IMG/VR virus record: IMGVR_UViG_3300016662_000040 | Coordinates: 1-34,596 of that record | Source of the DNA: a virus | Taxonomy: Duplodnaviria; Caudoviricetes | DNA: 34,596 bases | Reading direction: 5' to 3' (one strand) | Part shown: positions 25,001 to 33,835 of the stretch, one piece after another | How positions within the stretch are numbered: position 1 is the first letter of the stretch | Layout of the letters: each line of letters opens with the position of its first letter | Position numbers and translations under genes: made by a program | Notes under the pieces: generated by a model | Database searches by the model: none | Told to the model about the DNA's origin: nothing | The model's input: only the letters and a program-made list of their open reading frames with translations

Positions 25001-28000
25001 CGAACTGGAGCGCGCCGACCACAAGCAGAAGCGGATCGAGGCCGAGGAGGCTGCCACCAAGGCCGAGCGCGAGAAGGTGCTGGCTGCCAACCCGGAAGCC
25101 AAGGGCTTGGCCCGTGGACAACTGATCAGCAAGAACAAACGCCAGATCGGGATCAATGTTCAGCAGGCCATGCTGGATTGGGACAAGGAGCACCCAGCGC
25201 CCGAGAGACCAACCGAACCTGCCGACAGTTCTGACCCTATGTTAGGCGTTGGCAAGCTTAGTACCGAGGCATTGAAGGACGCCTACGGAAGCGGCGAGGG
25301 CGCGGTGTGGCGCAAGCTCTCAGAACGACGCATGACCAGCGGAGAAGGGTTGGCGCCCGATTTGGTGGCTGAGCGCTTTGGCTTCAGCTCTGGCGACGAA
25401 CTGGTGCAGGCCCTGGCAGCAGCCGAAGATCCCAAATTCGTGATCGAGAACTACACCGACATGCGCATGCTGGAAGAACACGGCGACCTGTCCACGCCCG
25501 AGGGCCTGCAGCGCGCCGCCGACCAGGCCGTGCACAGTGAGGCCCGCGCGCGATTCGTGGCCCGTGAGCTGAATGCCGTGGAAAAGGCCGGCAAGGTGGC
25601 CGGCGAGCGTGGCCGCGCCGATGTGATGGTCAAAGCGGCCAAGGAATATGCCGCCCAGCTGATCGGCCGCTTGAAAGTGCGCGACCTGCGCCCGGGCCAG
25701 TACGCCGCGGCAGAAGCACGCGCCGCCCGAGAGGCGCGCAAGTCGGTGGGCGATGTGGCCAAGGCCGCGGAGGCCAAGCGCAACCAGCTGATCAACCTGC
25801 AGGCTGCCCGCGCTGCCTACGCCGCCCAGGATGAGGTGCGCGCTGCGGTAGAGTACATCCGCAAGTTCGATAAGGCCAGCATTCGCCAGAACCTGCCGGC
25901 TGAGTACCTGGCGCAGATCGACCTGTTGCGCGAAAAGTTCGACCTATCCGAACAGTCTGGCGCGGCCATTGATCGCACTGTGGCGCTGCGCACCTGGGTG
26001 CAAAGCCGCCTGAATGCGGGAGAGATCCCCAACATCTCCGAGGCGCTGCTGACACCGGCCGAGCGCCGGGCCTACGAGGCGCAGATCACGGCGCGCGACG
26101 ACGAGGGGAATCTGGTCTACCCCGACGATGAGGAGCGCATCAAGCTGTTGGCTGACGCGATCGAGCGCAGTCAGCAGCGCTCGTACAAGGACATGACGGT
26201 CGAGGAACTGCGCGGCCTGCGCGACACCATCAAACAGATGGAGCACCTGGCCCGCCTCAAGGGCAAGATGCTGACGACTCGGAACAACAAGACATACCAG
26301 GAAACCCGCGACGCCCTGGTGGCTGGGATCAAGGCCCACGCCAAGGACAGCAACAAGCTGCAACGCACGCGCAACGATTGGCTTGGCAAGAAGTTGGACG
26401 CCTTGGCCGCCTTTGGTGTCAGCCATATCAAAGTGGCCACTTGGTTGCGGATCTTCGACGGCGGCCAGGATAACGGCGCCTGGTGGTCTACCGTGGTGCG
26501 TCCGGCCAATGAGCGTTCTGCCTGGGAAACCACCCAGCGCGCCGAGGCCACAAACAAGCTGATGGCCATCCTGGGCCCGGTGCTCAAGAAAGTCAGTCCT
26601 CTGGATCTAGCCGGCAAGGGCCGGCATTTCCCGGAGCTTGGCCCGAATGTAAGCCTGAACTGGCAAGAGCGTTTTGCCATCGCCTTGAACTATGGCAACG
26701 AGTCCAACCTGCAGCGCCTGCAGGGCGGGGGCATCGCTGGCGTGACAAAGACCCTGAGCCAGGGACAGATCCACGCTGTTCTGCGCACCCTGACCGCCGA
26801 GGAGTGGACTGCAGTGCAAGGCATCTGGGACCACTTTGAAACTTACCGGCCACTCATCGGCGAGAAGGAAAAGCGCGTCAACGGTGTCGAGCCCGAGTGG
26901 ATCGCTGCCCGCCCGTTCAATGTGCGCACCGCTGACGGCAAAACCCTAAGCCTGCGCGGCGGCTATTTCCCGGTGGTGTTTGACCCGAAAACCAGCCTGA
27001 AAGCTGAGCAGCACGCCGACGCCCAGGCGGCCAAGGACGCGATGAAAGCAGCCTACAGCGCCGCCACAACCCAGCGCAGCTTTACCAAGAGCCGGGTCGA
27101 GGAAGTGAAGGGCCGACCGTTGCTGCTGAACCTGCAGGGCCTGTATTCGGGTGTCAATGACGTGATCCACGATTTGGCCTGGCATGAATGGGTGATCGAT
27201 TTCAACCGCTTGATGCGCAGCAACACGATTGATGAGGCGATCCGCGAACACTATGGCGCCAACGTCAAGAAGGAATTGACCAAATGGCGCGATGACATCG
27301 TTGCCGGCTCCAAGCGTCTGGACCACGGGGTCGAGCGCGCTGCCGGTTGGTTCCGTCGATTCGTCAGCTCCAGCGCTCTGACCTTCAACGTGATGAGCGC
27401 GATCATGCAGCCGCTGGGCATCACACAGTCGATCAGCCGCGTGGGCGCCAAGTGGGTGGGGCAGGGAATTGCCGAGTACCTGGGTGGCCCAATTGACGCC
27501 ACGGCCCGGGTGCGGGAGCAGTCCGAATTCATGCGCAACCGCACGCGCACGATGTTCCGCGACCTGAACGAGTTGCGCAACCGGGTCGAGGGTCAGACCA
27601 CGGCAAAGGAACTGATGGGCCGATATGGCTACTTCTTGACCATGCAAGCCCAGATGATGGTAGATGTCCCCACCTGGATCGGCGCGCACGCCAAGGCGCT
27701 GGCCGAAGGTCACAGCGATGACACTGCTGTGGCACTGGCCGACCAAGCCGTCAAGGACAGCCAGGGCGGGGGTGAGGAAGTGGATCAGGCTGGCATCACC
27801 CGGGGCGCCCCGATGGTCAAGCTGTTCACGGCCTTCTACGAGTTCATGAACACCCAAGCCAATGTGCTGTACCTGGCCGGCGCGACCAGCAAAACCAAGG
27901 CAGAGGCGTTCATGCATTACGCCCTGGTAGGCGCGGCTACGCCAATCCTGGGGATAGCGCTCAAGGATGCATTGACGCCCGGCGACTCCGGCGATTGGGA

Positions 28001-28361
28001 CGACTGGGAAAAGATCGTGAAAAAGCTGCTTGCCGAAGGCTTGAGCAACCTGCTGGGCATGATGGCTTTCGGGCGCGAGTTCACCCTGGCGGCCAAGGCG
28101 CTGATCGGCGAGGACAAGGGCCAGAGCTACAACGGGCCGGCAGGCCTGCGCGTAATTCCTGAACTGGTCGGGCTGGCCAAGCAGGTGTACCAGGGTGAAC
28201 TGGACGATGGATTCCGCAAGGCGTTTGTCAATGTCCTGGGCGACCTGACCGGCATCCCAGCTGTGCAGATCAACCGGACAGTAACCGGCGCCGAGGCTTT
28301 GAACAGCCACGAAACAGCCAACCCGGCCAGCCTGGTGTTCGGCTTCCAACGCCCCCACTGA
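22053..28361 (+). CDS. Giant ejection / polyvalent protein (2102 aa) with internal GNAT and zincin-like HExxH domains
   Basis: Start MPNSDF at 22053 overlaps the previous stop. IIVPESERGSGKGT...RLVQFYRRFGF (GNAT); SFIHESGHFF...HEKWARGFEAY (metallopeptidase-like); C-terminal GGYFPV, KLFTAFY. Confidence 0.82.
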   Translation: MPNSDFNDDDLDRVIRGELETKRTLLRATLSSAVNVNPDEQARYDRLSAYLDMPRGVVSAQPQEAERRAKLQTIQNDAATSPVLQRKYTDADFAKLAHDDSGALSAIASAAKYLVGGEGQKNTLGGDLLASWYKGSGALYGGLRAVAETAAPLAQPLAGTILPENPISRFADMVGKVSGEMNAIGEHYGPTAQGIVAGGVSSGVQSLGQNAKYLPLLAFGPAGGAAALAGMVTEQFGSSYQDARQKGIEPMQALPFAASQAAIEYATEKLPMGKLLGDLQAGASLKKVLAHQAMAEIPGEQIATVLQDMNEWAVLHPEKPFSEYLAERPSAAAQTLIATLVGVGGNVAISSAAQKAMDKVTGVDRQAQAAEQAAQTLANLQQTMTASKLLERSPDTLRSYMQDLADQGAPVVYVDTKALTEDGVDLQRLAEQLPSVAEQVQQAVETGGDLVIPTGELLTDTIGTMFAQPLIDHARTAPDAMSRAEAQVFMQEQGDKIKAEVEQAIAAQDQEAQFKADRDALHAQVLEQLNSLGRFNPKVNEHYATLLSSFYSVMAARAGVSPQEFAKTYALEFSRKEAPAGAMDQAASSLDAVQKAWDDAGIKHSIFESGDLITVSKIIVPESERGSGKGTAAMQALVDYADAAGKHIALSPSGDFGGNKKRLVQFYRRFGFVENKGRNRAFTTSESMHREAPGKVLHQGGSAPRAQISMGDDITQQPSIVSLLEKADLSSFIHESGHFFLEVQADLASRIAGRIARGEDVGPGAQGIVDDFNKVLDWAGVKGTPEMSAIDTWHAMTPDEKRPAHEKWARGFEAYAFEGKSPSLDLTRMFQTFRAWLLNIYRQLSALNVQLTDEVRDVMGRMLATAQQIEETEAARDMGPLFQTAEQAGMSIEEFKAYHDLATEATLGAVDELTRKGLKDMQWLSRARSKILKKLQAEHDTERARIRHEVRGEVMSQPVYQAWQFLTEKKPHPGEPSEAMKAYELERADHKQKRIEAEEAATKAEREKVLAANPEAKGLARGQLISKNKRQIGINVQQAMLDWDKEHPAPERPTEPADSSDPMLGVGKLSTEALKDAYGSGEGAVWRKLSERRMTSGEGLAPDLVAERFGFSSGDELVQALAAAEDPKFVIENYTDMRMLEEHGDLSTPEGLQRAADQAVHSEARARFVARELNAVEKAGKVAGERGRADVMVKAAKEYAAQLIGRLKVRDLRPGQYAAAEARAAREARKSVGDVAKAAEAKRNQLINLQAARAAYAAQDEVRAAVEYIRKFDKASIRQNLPAEYLAQIDLLREKFDLSEQSGAAIDRTVALRTWVQSRLNAGEIPNISEALLTPAERRAYEAQITARDDEGNLVYPDDEERIKLLADAIERSQQRSYKDMTVEELRGLRDTIKQMEHLARLKGKMLTTRNNKTYQETRDALVAGIKAHAKDSNKLQRTRNDWLGKKLDALAAFGVSHIKVATWLRIFDGGQDNGAWWSTVVRPANERSAWETTQRAEATNKLMAILGPVLKKVSPLDLAGKGRHFPELGPNVSLNWQERFAIALNYGNESNLQRLQGGGIAGVTKTLSQGQIHAVLRTLTAEEWTAVQGIWDHFETYRPLIGEKEKRVNGVEPEWIAARPFNVRTADGKTLSLRGGYFPVVFDPKTSLKAEQHADAQAAKDAMKAAYSAATTQRSFTKSRVEEVKGRPLLLNLQGLYSGVNDVIHDLAWHEWVIDFNRLMRSNTIDEAIREHYGANVKKELTKWRDDIVAGSKRLDHGVERAAGWFRRFVSSSALTFNVMSAIMQPLGITQSISRVGAKWVGQGIAEYLGGPIDATARVREQSEFMRNRTRTMFRDLNELRNRVEGQTTAKELMGRYGYFLTMQAQMMVDVPTWIGAHAKALAEGHSDDTAVALADQAVKDSQGGGEEVDQAGITRGAPMVKLFTAFYEFMNTQANVLYLAGATSKTKAEAFMHYALVGAATPILGIALKDALTPGDSGDWDDWEKIVKKLLAEGLSNLLGMMAFGREFTLAAKALIGEDKGQSYNGPAGLRVIPELVGLAKQVYQGELDDGFRKAFVNVLGDLTGIPAVQINRTVTGAEALNSHETANPASLVFGFQRPH

Positions 28362-28394
28362 GGTGCACGTAACGCCAGGGGAGGCCCAGAGACT
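28362..28394 (+). promoter_or_regulatory. Late-promoter motif copy
   Basis: GGTGCACGTAAC-N15-GAGACT upstream of the tail fibre gene. Confidence 0.75.
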
Positions 28395-28418
28395 GCGGGC
28401 ATTCCCCTGGAGTGAACC

Positions 28419-30401
28419 GTGACCATCAGCACCACCACCCGCCTCGCCGGGCCGTACCCTTGCGACGGCTCGGTGCTCAGCTTCCCATTTTCCTTCAAGG
28501 TCTTTACCGCCGACGATCTGCAGATCCTGCTGACAGATGCGAACGGCACAACCGTCACAGCCTCGGGCTCTCTGTATGCGGTCAATCTGAATGCCGACCA
28601 GGACAATTACCCTGGCGGCACCGTGGCGTTTGGCACGGCCCCGAGTTCTGGCAGCTGGGTCACCATCAACAGCAATGTGGCCGCCACCCAGCCTGCCAGC
28701 CTCTCCAACGGCGGCGGCTTCTACCCGAAGGTCATCGAGTACGCACTGGACCGGTTGACCATGCTGGTGCAGCAGGCCATCGATCTGTCGGCGCGCGCGA
28801 TCAAGCTACCCCTGGCCTCTGGTGCCAGTTCGACCCTCCCGGTGCCCGCGGCCAGCAATGTCCTGGGCTGGGACAGCGCAGCCAGCGCCTTGCGCAACTA
28901 CACGCCGGCCCAGCTGCTCGGCAACATCAGTGCCGAGAGCCTCTACGGGACCACAGCGTCCCAAGCCTTTACCGGGGACGGCTCCAACAAGGTGTTCACC
29001 CTGAGCAGCCAGGCGGGCACCGTGAACAACGTGCAGGCCTACGTCGGGGGCCTGCGCCTGCGCCCCGGCATCGATTACCAGCTCGGCGCCAATCAGCAGA
29101 CCGTCACCATGACCACCGCGCCGGCCAATGGCGCCACCGTGCTGATGGTGTGGCAATCGGTTCTCCCTGCCTCCAGCCTGGCATTCAGTAGAGAGTTACA
29201 GACGGCCACCGATGGCCAGACCGTATTTTCTCTGTCCACGGTGTCCTACGCCGCGGGCAGCCCTGGTGCGCTCAGTGTGAGCGTCAACGGACTGCGGATG
29301 TACAAGGACCTGGATTACGCGGAGACCAACTCGACCACGGTGACCTTCCTGTCGGGCCTGGTTGCCGGTGACGATGTGGAGTTCATGGTGGGCAGCGCCG
29401 TGGGGGCGCAGGGCCCGGTCGGCCCTGCTGGTCCGCAAGGGCCTGCTGGACCTACTGGCCCCACGGGGGCAACCGGGCCCACAGGACCTGCCGGACCTAC
29501 CGGGGCTACGGGCGCGACAGGCCCGGCGGGGCCTACTGGCCCCACGGGCCCGGCCGGCGGCGTGGCGGGCGGAACGCTCACGGGCGCCTTGAATGCGGCC
29601 ACGCCAGTGACGATTGCCAGCGCGAGTACGGTGGCCATCGGGGCCGCAGCCTCCAACATCGTCAACATCTCGGGCACGACCACGATCACGGCGTTTGACA
29701 CCATCGCCGCGGGTGCCGAACGCGAGTTGGCTTTTGCCGGCATCCTAACCCTGACGCACAACGCCGCCTCGCTGATCTTGCCGGGCGCTGCCAACATCAC
29801 GACGGCGGCGGGCGATGTGGCGGTGTTCCGCAGCCTGGGCAGTGGGAATTGGCAGTGCGTGTCCTACCAGCGGGCCAGTGGCGCGGCGCTGGTGGCCAGC
29901 GGCAGCGGGGCCTGGACGAAGATCAGCAGCCAAACAGTGAGCGCAGTTTCGTCAATAGATTGGACTGGCCTGAGCGGATACAGCCGATATGCGATCGTGT
30001 TGGAAAATATTTCCATGAGCGGGTCGGGCACCCCGCTTTCAATCCGATTTGGGTATGGAGCAACTCCTTCGTGGGTGGTTATCGGTTACATGTATCAATA
30101 TTTCTGTGCATATGGCTCCAGCACCCTGGCAGGATCAAGCATCTCTCAGGCGTTCATCCCAGTGGCGTTTATGGCAAACGCAGCCGCACCAGTTGCGATC
30201 AATGGAACGGTGTTTGTCGGCGCGCTCAACACGACCAACCCGCAATGCACATCTGACGTGACGATTGCCAGCTCCTCAGCCATGGAGCGAGATGCCTGCG
30301 GCGGCTACGCCACTCTACCCGGCACAGGGACAGCAATCAGGTTAACGAACACCAGTGTTCTGACCATCACCGGCACGGCCACCCTTTACGGCATCAACTG
30401 A
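28419..30401 (+). CDS. Tail fibre protein with collagen-like segment
   Basis: GTG start with GGAG RBS. Podovirus fibre anchor ([17 protein letters not shown]...[14 protein letters not shown]), [12 protein letters not shown] and [10 protein letters not shown] modules, Gly-X-Y run, variable tip. Confidence 0.85.
   Translation: MTISTTTRLAGPYPCDGSVLSFPFSFKVFTADDLQILLTDANGTTVTASGSLYAVNLNADQDNYPGGTVAFGTAPSSGSWVTINSNVAATQPASLSNGGGFYPKVIEYALDRLTMLVQQAIDLSARAIKLPLASGASSTLPVPAASNVLGWDSAASALRNYTPAQLLGNISAESLYGTTASQAFTGDGSNKVFTLSSQAGTVNNVQAYVGGLRLRPGIDYQLGANQQTVTMTTAPANGATVLMVWQSVLPASSLAFSRELQTATDGQTVFSLSTVSYAAGSPGALSVSVNGLRMYKDLDYAETNSTTVTFLSGLVAGDDVEFMVGSAVGAQGPVGPAGPQGPAGPTGPTGATGPTGPAGPTGATGATGPAGPTGPTGPAGGVAGGTLTGALNAATPVTIASASTVAIGAAASNIVNISGTTTITAFDTIAAGAERELAFAGILTLTHNAASLILPGAANITTAAGDVAVFRSLGSGNWQCVSYQRASGAALVASGSGAWTKISSQTVSAVSSIDWTGLSGYSRYAIVLENISMSGSGTPLSIRFGYGATPSWVVIGYMYQYFCAYGSSTLAGSSISQAFIPVAFMANAAAPVAINGTVFVGALNTTNPQCTSDVTIASSSAMERDACGGYATLPGTGTAIRLTNTSVLTITGTATLYGIN
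29403..29555 (+). repeat. Collagen-like Gly-X-Y repeat (17 triplets)
   Basis: [51 protein letters not shown]. Confidence 0.92.
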
Positions 30402-30404
30402 TGC

Positions 30405-30437
30405 GGTGCACGTAACGGCGGGCCCAGATTTGAGACT
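30405..30437 (+). promoter_or_regulatory. Late-promoter motif copy
   Basis: GGTGCACGTAAC-N15-GAGACT-N6-ATG(30444). Confidence 0.75.
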
Positions 30438-30443
30438 GCACCC

Positions 30444-31127
30444 ATGCAGTCCTATCGCCTCATCTGTTCGACCCTTGTCGCCTTGGTCCTCTCTGTTTTG
30501 GCCACTGCTTGCGGCGGCGGGTCCAGCGAGGCGGAAAACACCCCCATCAGGATTTCGGCCGCCGACGTCGAGCTGAATTCTTCCGTGGGGTCGGTGGTGA
30601 TCGCATCGCCCCCCGACGGCTTCCATGCCGACACGTTGGTTCAGTTCACGCTGCGGTCGGACGGGTATTTCACCCAGAACCCTGGCGCTCACGCCCCCTT
30701 GGTGACTCGCCAGGATCTTGCGCTGAGCGGCAAAGCCATCAGGGGGCAGGGGATGCTGTTCGGCAACGTGAGCCTGGCGCCCGGCGGCAACCCGCTGCAC
30801 CCTAGCGTGCAGGCGGAGACCTGGTGCAACGGTGTCGGCGACGGCAGCTATTTGCTCAACGGCCAGGGAACGCCCCCGGTGCTGTCCGATGGCGTGGACT
30901 ACCAGATCACGCTTCACACCCACGTCGGCGCCGACAGATCGGACCAATTCATTCGCTTCCAGATCCGCGGCTCTGACGGGGTGGATTACGACTCAGGCGC
31001 CATTCACGATCCGAACATCGCGTTTGACGCTACCAAAAACGGCGTCTGGATCGGGCACGTTTTTCAAAACCCCATGGCCGCCCCGTGGACCCTGAGGGTT
31101 TACGGCATCACGGTCACTCTCTCCTGA
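30444..31127 (+). CDS. Lipoprotein, paralog of the N-terminal domain of the downstream fibre-like protein
   Basis: Signal peptide II MQSYRLICSTLVALVLSVLATA-CGGGSS. The mature beta-rich domain aligns by eye with the 31135 protein. Confidence 0.82.
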   Translation: MQSYRLICSTLVALVLSVLATACGGGSSEAENTPIRISAADVELNSSVGSVVIASPPDGFHADTLVQFTLRSDGYFTQNPGAHAPLVTRQDLALSGKAIRGQGMLFGNVSLAPGGNPLHPSVQAETWCNGVGDGSYLLNGQGTPPVLSDGVDYQITLHTHVGADRSDQFIRFQIRGSDGVDYDSGAIHDPNIAFDATKNGVWIGHVFQNPMAAPWTLRVYGITVTLS

Positions 31128-31134
31128 GGCAGTC

Positions 31135-32808
31135 ATGACCAGCCAAGCCGGATCCAACGTTGCCAAGCTGCGCGGCACCCTCAACGGCCCCAGCGCTGGC
31201 GGCCAGGCGATCAGCGATTTCACGCTGAACTCCAGCACCAACAATCATTTCATCAGCAGCACCACCCCCAACGGCTGGAACGCCGGCCCGGGCAAGCTGG
31301 TTTTTGACTGCCAGTTGACGCTCAACGGTTTCCTCGCGCAAAACCCGGGAATCCACATTTTCATCTCGCTGCGGCAAAAGGCGTCCTTGGTAGGCACGGC
31401 CATCACTGGGCATGGCGTGGCCTTTGGCCAGCTGTCGGGCTTCACCCCGTACAGCCCAACGCCCCTGGTGGAGTCATTTTTCCAAGGGGGGAACCATGTC
31501 TATCCGAACAGCTACTCAGCCCCGAGCAAGCCGATTGCCGATGGGAACACCTACCGCCTGATCATCGAGTCCACGGTATGCATCGACGGCAGTCGGTACA
31601 TCCGGTACCGCATGTACCGCTTCATCCCGGGCACCTTGCCGGTAAGCTCCGATTACTGGGACCTGCACCAGGACACCGGTGACGTGCTTGACACGACCAC
31701 CACGGCCGACATGACAGCCGAAGGCATCGCGGTGGGCTTCGTCTTTGCAGGGTCGGGCACCACCTGGTCGGTGCCGTTTACGAACTGCAAGACGACGTGG
31801 GGGCCGGCCTATTCTGTGAGCACCGACCAGACCTCGCGGCTGTCGATCTACGGTGGCGCAGTGGCGGGGCCAATCGACTTTTCAGGGTCCTCCACCCGCA
31901 TCGGTGTGGTCACGGGTGCCAGCACGGATTACAGCGGCTACACAGCGGTGCAGACCACGACCGCCAACCTGGGCACAGGCCTGCTGATCAAGCCCAACGG
32001 TAGCGCCACCAGTGCCAGCGTGGTCTCGGTCAGCAACTCCAACCCCAGCACCAACTACTACGCGGCTTCGTACGGCGTGGCGAACAACCTGGCTACCTTG
32101 CTGAGCTTCGGCGTCGGCACGGGCTATAACGCGCCGGAATTCTCCGTCCAGGTGGGTGTGGGCAACGAGGTCATGCGCGTCAAGTCCAACGCATTGAGCC
32201 TGCCCCAGGGCCTGGCCTTCCCGAACAACGGGTCGACCATCAGCGTGTTCAACGACATCTCGCTGAACTACAACAACTGGACGGGTGTGCAGACCTCGCT
32301 GGCCAACGGGGCCACCGGTCTGGTGTTTAAGCCGAATGGCTCCGCCACGGGCTCGGGTGTCATCTGCACGAACTCCTCCACCCCGAGCGGCACCTTTGGC
32401 GCCGTCTCCTATGGCATCAACGGCACCAAGGCCCAGATCGTCACCTACAGCGTGGCGGCCGGCATCAGCGGTGGCACGGCGCCCAGCCTGTCGCTGCAGG
32501 TCGGCGTGGGCAACGAAGTGGCCGTGTTCTCCACCTCGGGCATGGCCTTGCTGGGCTCGGCCACCCCGGTGGGCACGGCCATCCCGCTGAGCGCGGGCAT
32601 TACCAGCTTCGGCGGGACCAACGCCCTGGCGCTGATGGGCCCCAGCTCGGGGCAGACCATGAACATCGACACGATCTGCTCGCCGGGCTTTCTGGCCGGC
32701 CAGTACGGGGCTAGCTATTCAGCATCGAGCCTCGAAATCATGACCCGGCCCCTGTGGGCCATGGTGTCAATTCTGTTTGCTGACTACATCAAAAAGAAGC
32801 TGGGGTAA
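31135..32808 (+). CDS. Second tail fibre / receptor-binding-like protein with an internal duplication
   Basis: 557 aa, Gly/Ser/Thr/Asn-rich, GAGG RBS, located between the fibre and lysis genes. Two copies of VQT..AN..TGL..KPNGSAT...SYG...AP..S.QVGVGNEV. Confidence 0.65.
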   Translation: MTSQAGSNVAKLRGTLNGPSAGGQAISDFTLNSSTNNHFISSTTPNGWNAGPGKLVFDCQLTLNGFLAQNPGIHIFISLRQKASLVGTAITGHGVAFGQLSGFTPYSPTPLVESFFQGGNHVYPNSYSAPSKPIADGNTYRLIIESTVCIDGSRYIRYRMYRFIPGTLPVSSDYWDLHQDTGDVLDTTTTADMTAEGIAVGFVFAGSGTTWSVPFTNCKTTWGPAYSVSTDQTSRLSIYGGAVAGPIDFSGSSTRIGVVTGASTDYSGYTAVQTTTANLGTGLLIKPNGSATSASVVSVSNSNPSTNYYAASYGVANNLATLLSFGVGTGYNAPEFSVQVGVGNEVMRVKSNALSLPQGLAFPNNGSTISVFNDISLNYNNWTGVQTSLANGATGLVFKPNGSATGSGVICTNSSTPSGTFGAVSYGINGTKAQIVTYSVAAGISGGTAPSLSLQVGVGNEVAVFSTSGMALLGSATPVGTAIPLSAGITSFGGTNALALMGPSSGQTMNIDTICSPGFLAGQYGASYSASSLEIMTRPLWAMVSILFADYIKKKLG

Positions 32809-32810
32809 CC

Positions 32811-33014
32811 ATGCGCCAATTCACCTTGACCGTTTCCGACGCCGAGATGCAGACCGTCATGGACGCGCTGCAGGAACTGCCCTTCAAGCGGGTCAACGCC
32901 TTGATCAACTCGCTGCACGCCCAGGCCATGAGCCAGCTGCAGCCGGCGCCGGGCCGGGCGCCTGCTGCTGCAGATCCGCTGCCCGAATTGCCCGCAGAAG
33001 TGGGGCCGGCATGA
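32811..33014 (+). CDS. Small helical protein typical of post-fibre positions
   Basis: FTLTVSDAEMQTVMDALQELPFKRVNALINSLHAQA. Confidence 0.7.
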   Translation: MRQFTLTVSDAEMQTVMDALQELPFKRVNALINSLHAQAMSQLQPAPGRAPAAADPLPELPAEVGPA

Positions 33015-33370
33015 CCGCCCGGTTCCGGCAGGACGCGCCTGAGCCGCCTCCGATGTCCACGGACGCAAGCATTCAGTTGATGGCCAGCGAGATGCAGCGC
33101 ATGCGCAGCGACGTGGCCGAGATGAAGGCGGCTTTCAAGGAAATCAGCGCCACGCTCTCCAAGATCGCCCTTGTGGAGGAACGCCAGACCCACATGGCCG
33201 CCTCGGTCGAACGCGCGTTCAAGGAAATCGAAAAGGTCCAGGCCCGACTGGACAAGCTGGAACAGGCCGCCCCGATCACGCAGCGCACCAACCGCTGGGT
33301 GGAAATGGGGCTGATCGGTGCCCTGGGTGCTGCCGCATCGTGGGCCGCTTCGCATTGGGGGCTGAAATGA
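33011..33370 (+). CDS. Coiled-coil protein with a C-terminal transmembrane segment (holin-like / lysis accessory)
   Basis: ATGA-coupled; heptad region followed by WVEMGLIGALGAAASWAA; directly before the endolysin. Confidence 0.6.
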   Translation: MTARFRQDAPEPPPMSTDASIQLMASEMQRMRSDVAEMKAAFKEISATLSKIALVEERQTHMAASVERAFKEIEKVQARLDKLEQAAPITQRTNRWVEMGLIGALGAAASWAASHWGLK

Positions 33371-33834
33371 ATGCTGACAAGCAACTTACACCGCATTTCT
33401 CGCTTCTGGAGTTTGTCCAGAGCAGCACTGCCAACCATCTAGGGATCGACAACACCCCGCCCGATGAGGTTGTGCAGCGCCTGCAGCTGACGGCCGAGAT
33501 GCTCGAGCGCATTCGTTCGACCCTTGAAGCCCCCATGGCGGTGTCTTCCGGGTACCGTTGCCGTGCGCTCAATCAAGCCGTCGGCGGGGTTTCCTCCAGC
33601 GATCACACCACGGGCCAGGCAGCGGACTTTGTGTGCCCGCGTGCCGGGTCGCCATACGAAATCGCCAAGCGCCTTGCGCCGCTGGTTTCTGTGCTTGGGA
33701 TCGGTCAATTGATTTATGAGCACATGGGGTCTCGGGCATGGGTTCACGTCAGCACGCGCATCCCCGAAAAGCCTGCAAACCGTGTGATCACCATCAGCGA
33801 TGCGGGCGTTCAGCTTGGCATTCAGGAGGTCTGA
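33367..33834 (+). CDS. Endolysin, peptidase M15A family
   Basis: LTPHFSLLEF, SSGYRCRALNQAVGG..SSDHTTGQAADF, WVHVS (H, D, H zinc ligands). Confidence 0.92.
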   Translation: MNADKQLTPHFSLLEFVQSSTANHLGIDNTPPDEVVQRLQLTAEMLERIRSTLEAPMAVSSGYRCRALNQAVGGVSSSDHTTGQAADFVCPRAGSPYEIAKRLAPLVSVLGIGQLIYEHMGSRAWVHVSTRIPEKPANRVITISDAGVQLGIQEV

Positions 33835-33835
33835 C

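Noticed and set aside
4913-28358. Long minus-strand ORFs (4913-6562, 7644-9692, 9449-11389, 14261-15478, 17670-19223, 19982-21349, 26946-28358)
   Set aside because: Antisense shadows of GC-rich real genes, with no motifs or RBS.
9303-30416. GGTGCACGTAAC copies as CRISPR repeats or recombination sites
   Set aside because: Only 12 bp long, kilobases apart, same strand, and at fixed spacing to a -10-like hexamer; a promoter explains them better.
30444-31127. Lipoprotein as an o-spanin or unimolecular spanin
   Set aside because: No C-terminal transmembrane segment, no adjacent i-spanin, outside the lysis cassette, and similar to the fibre-like domain instead.
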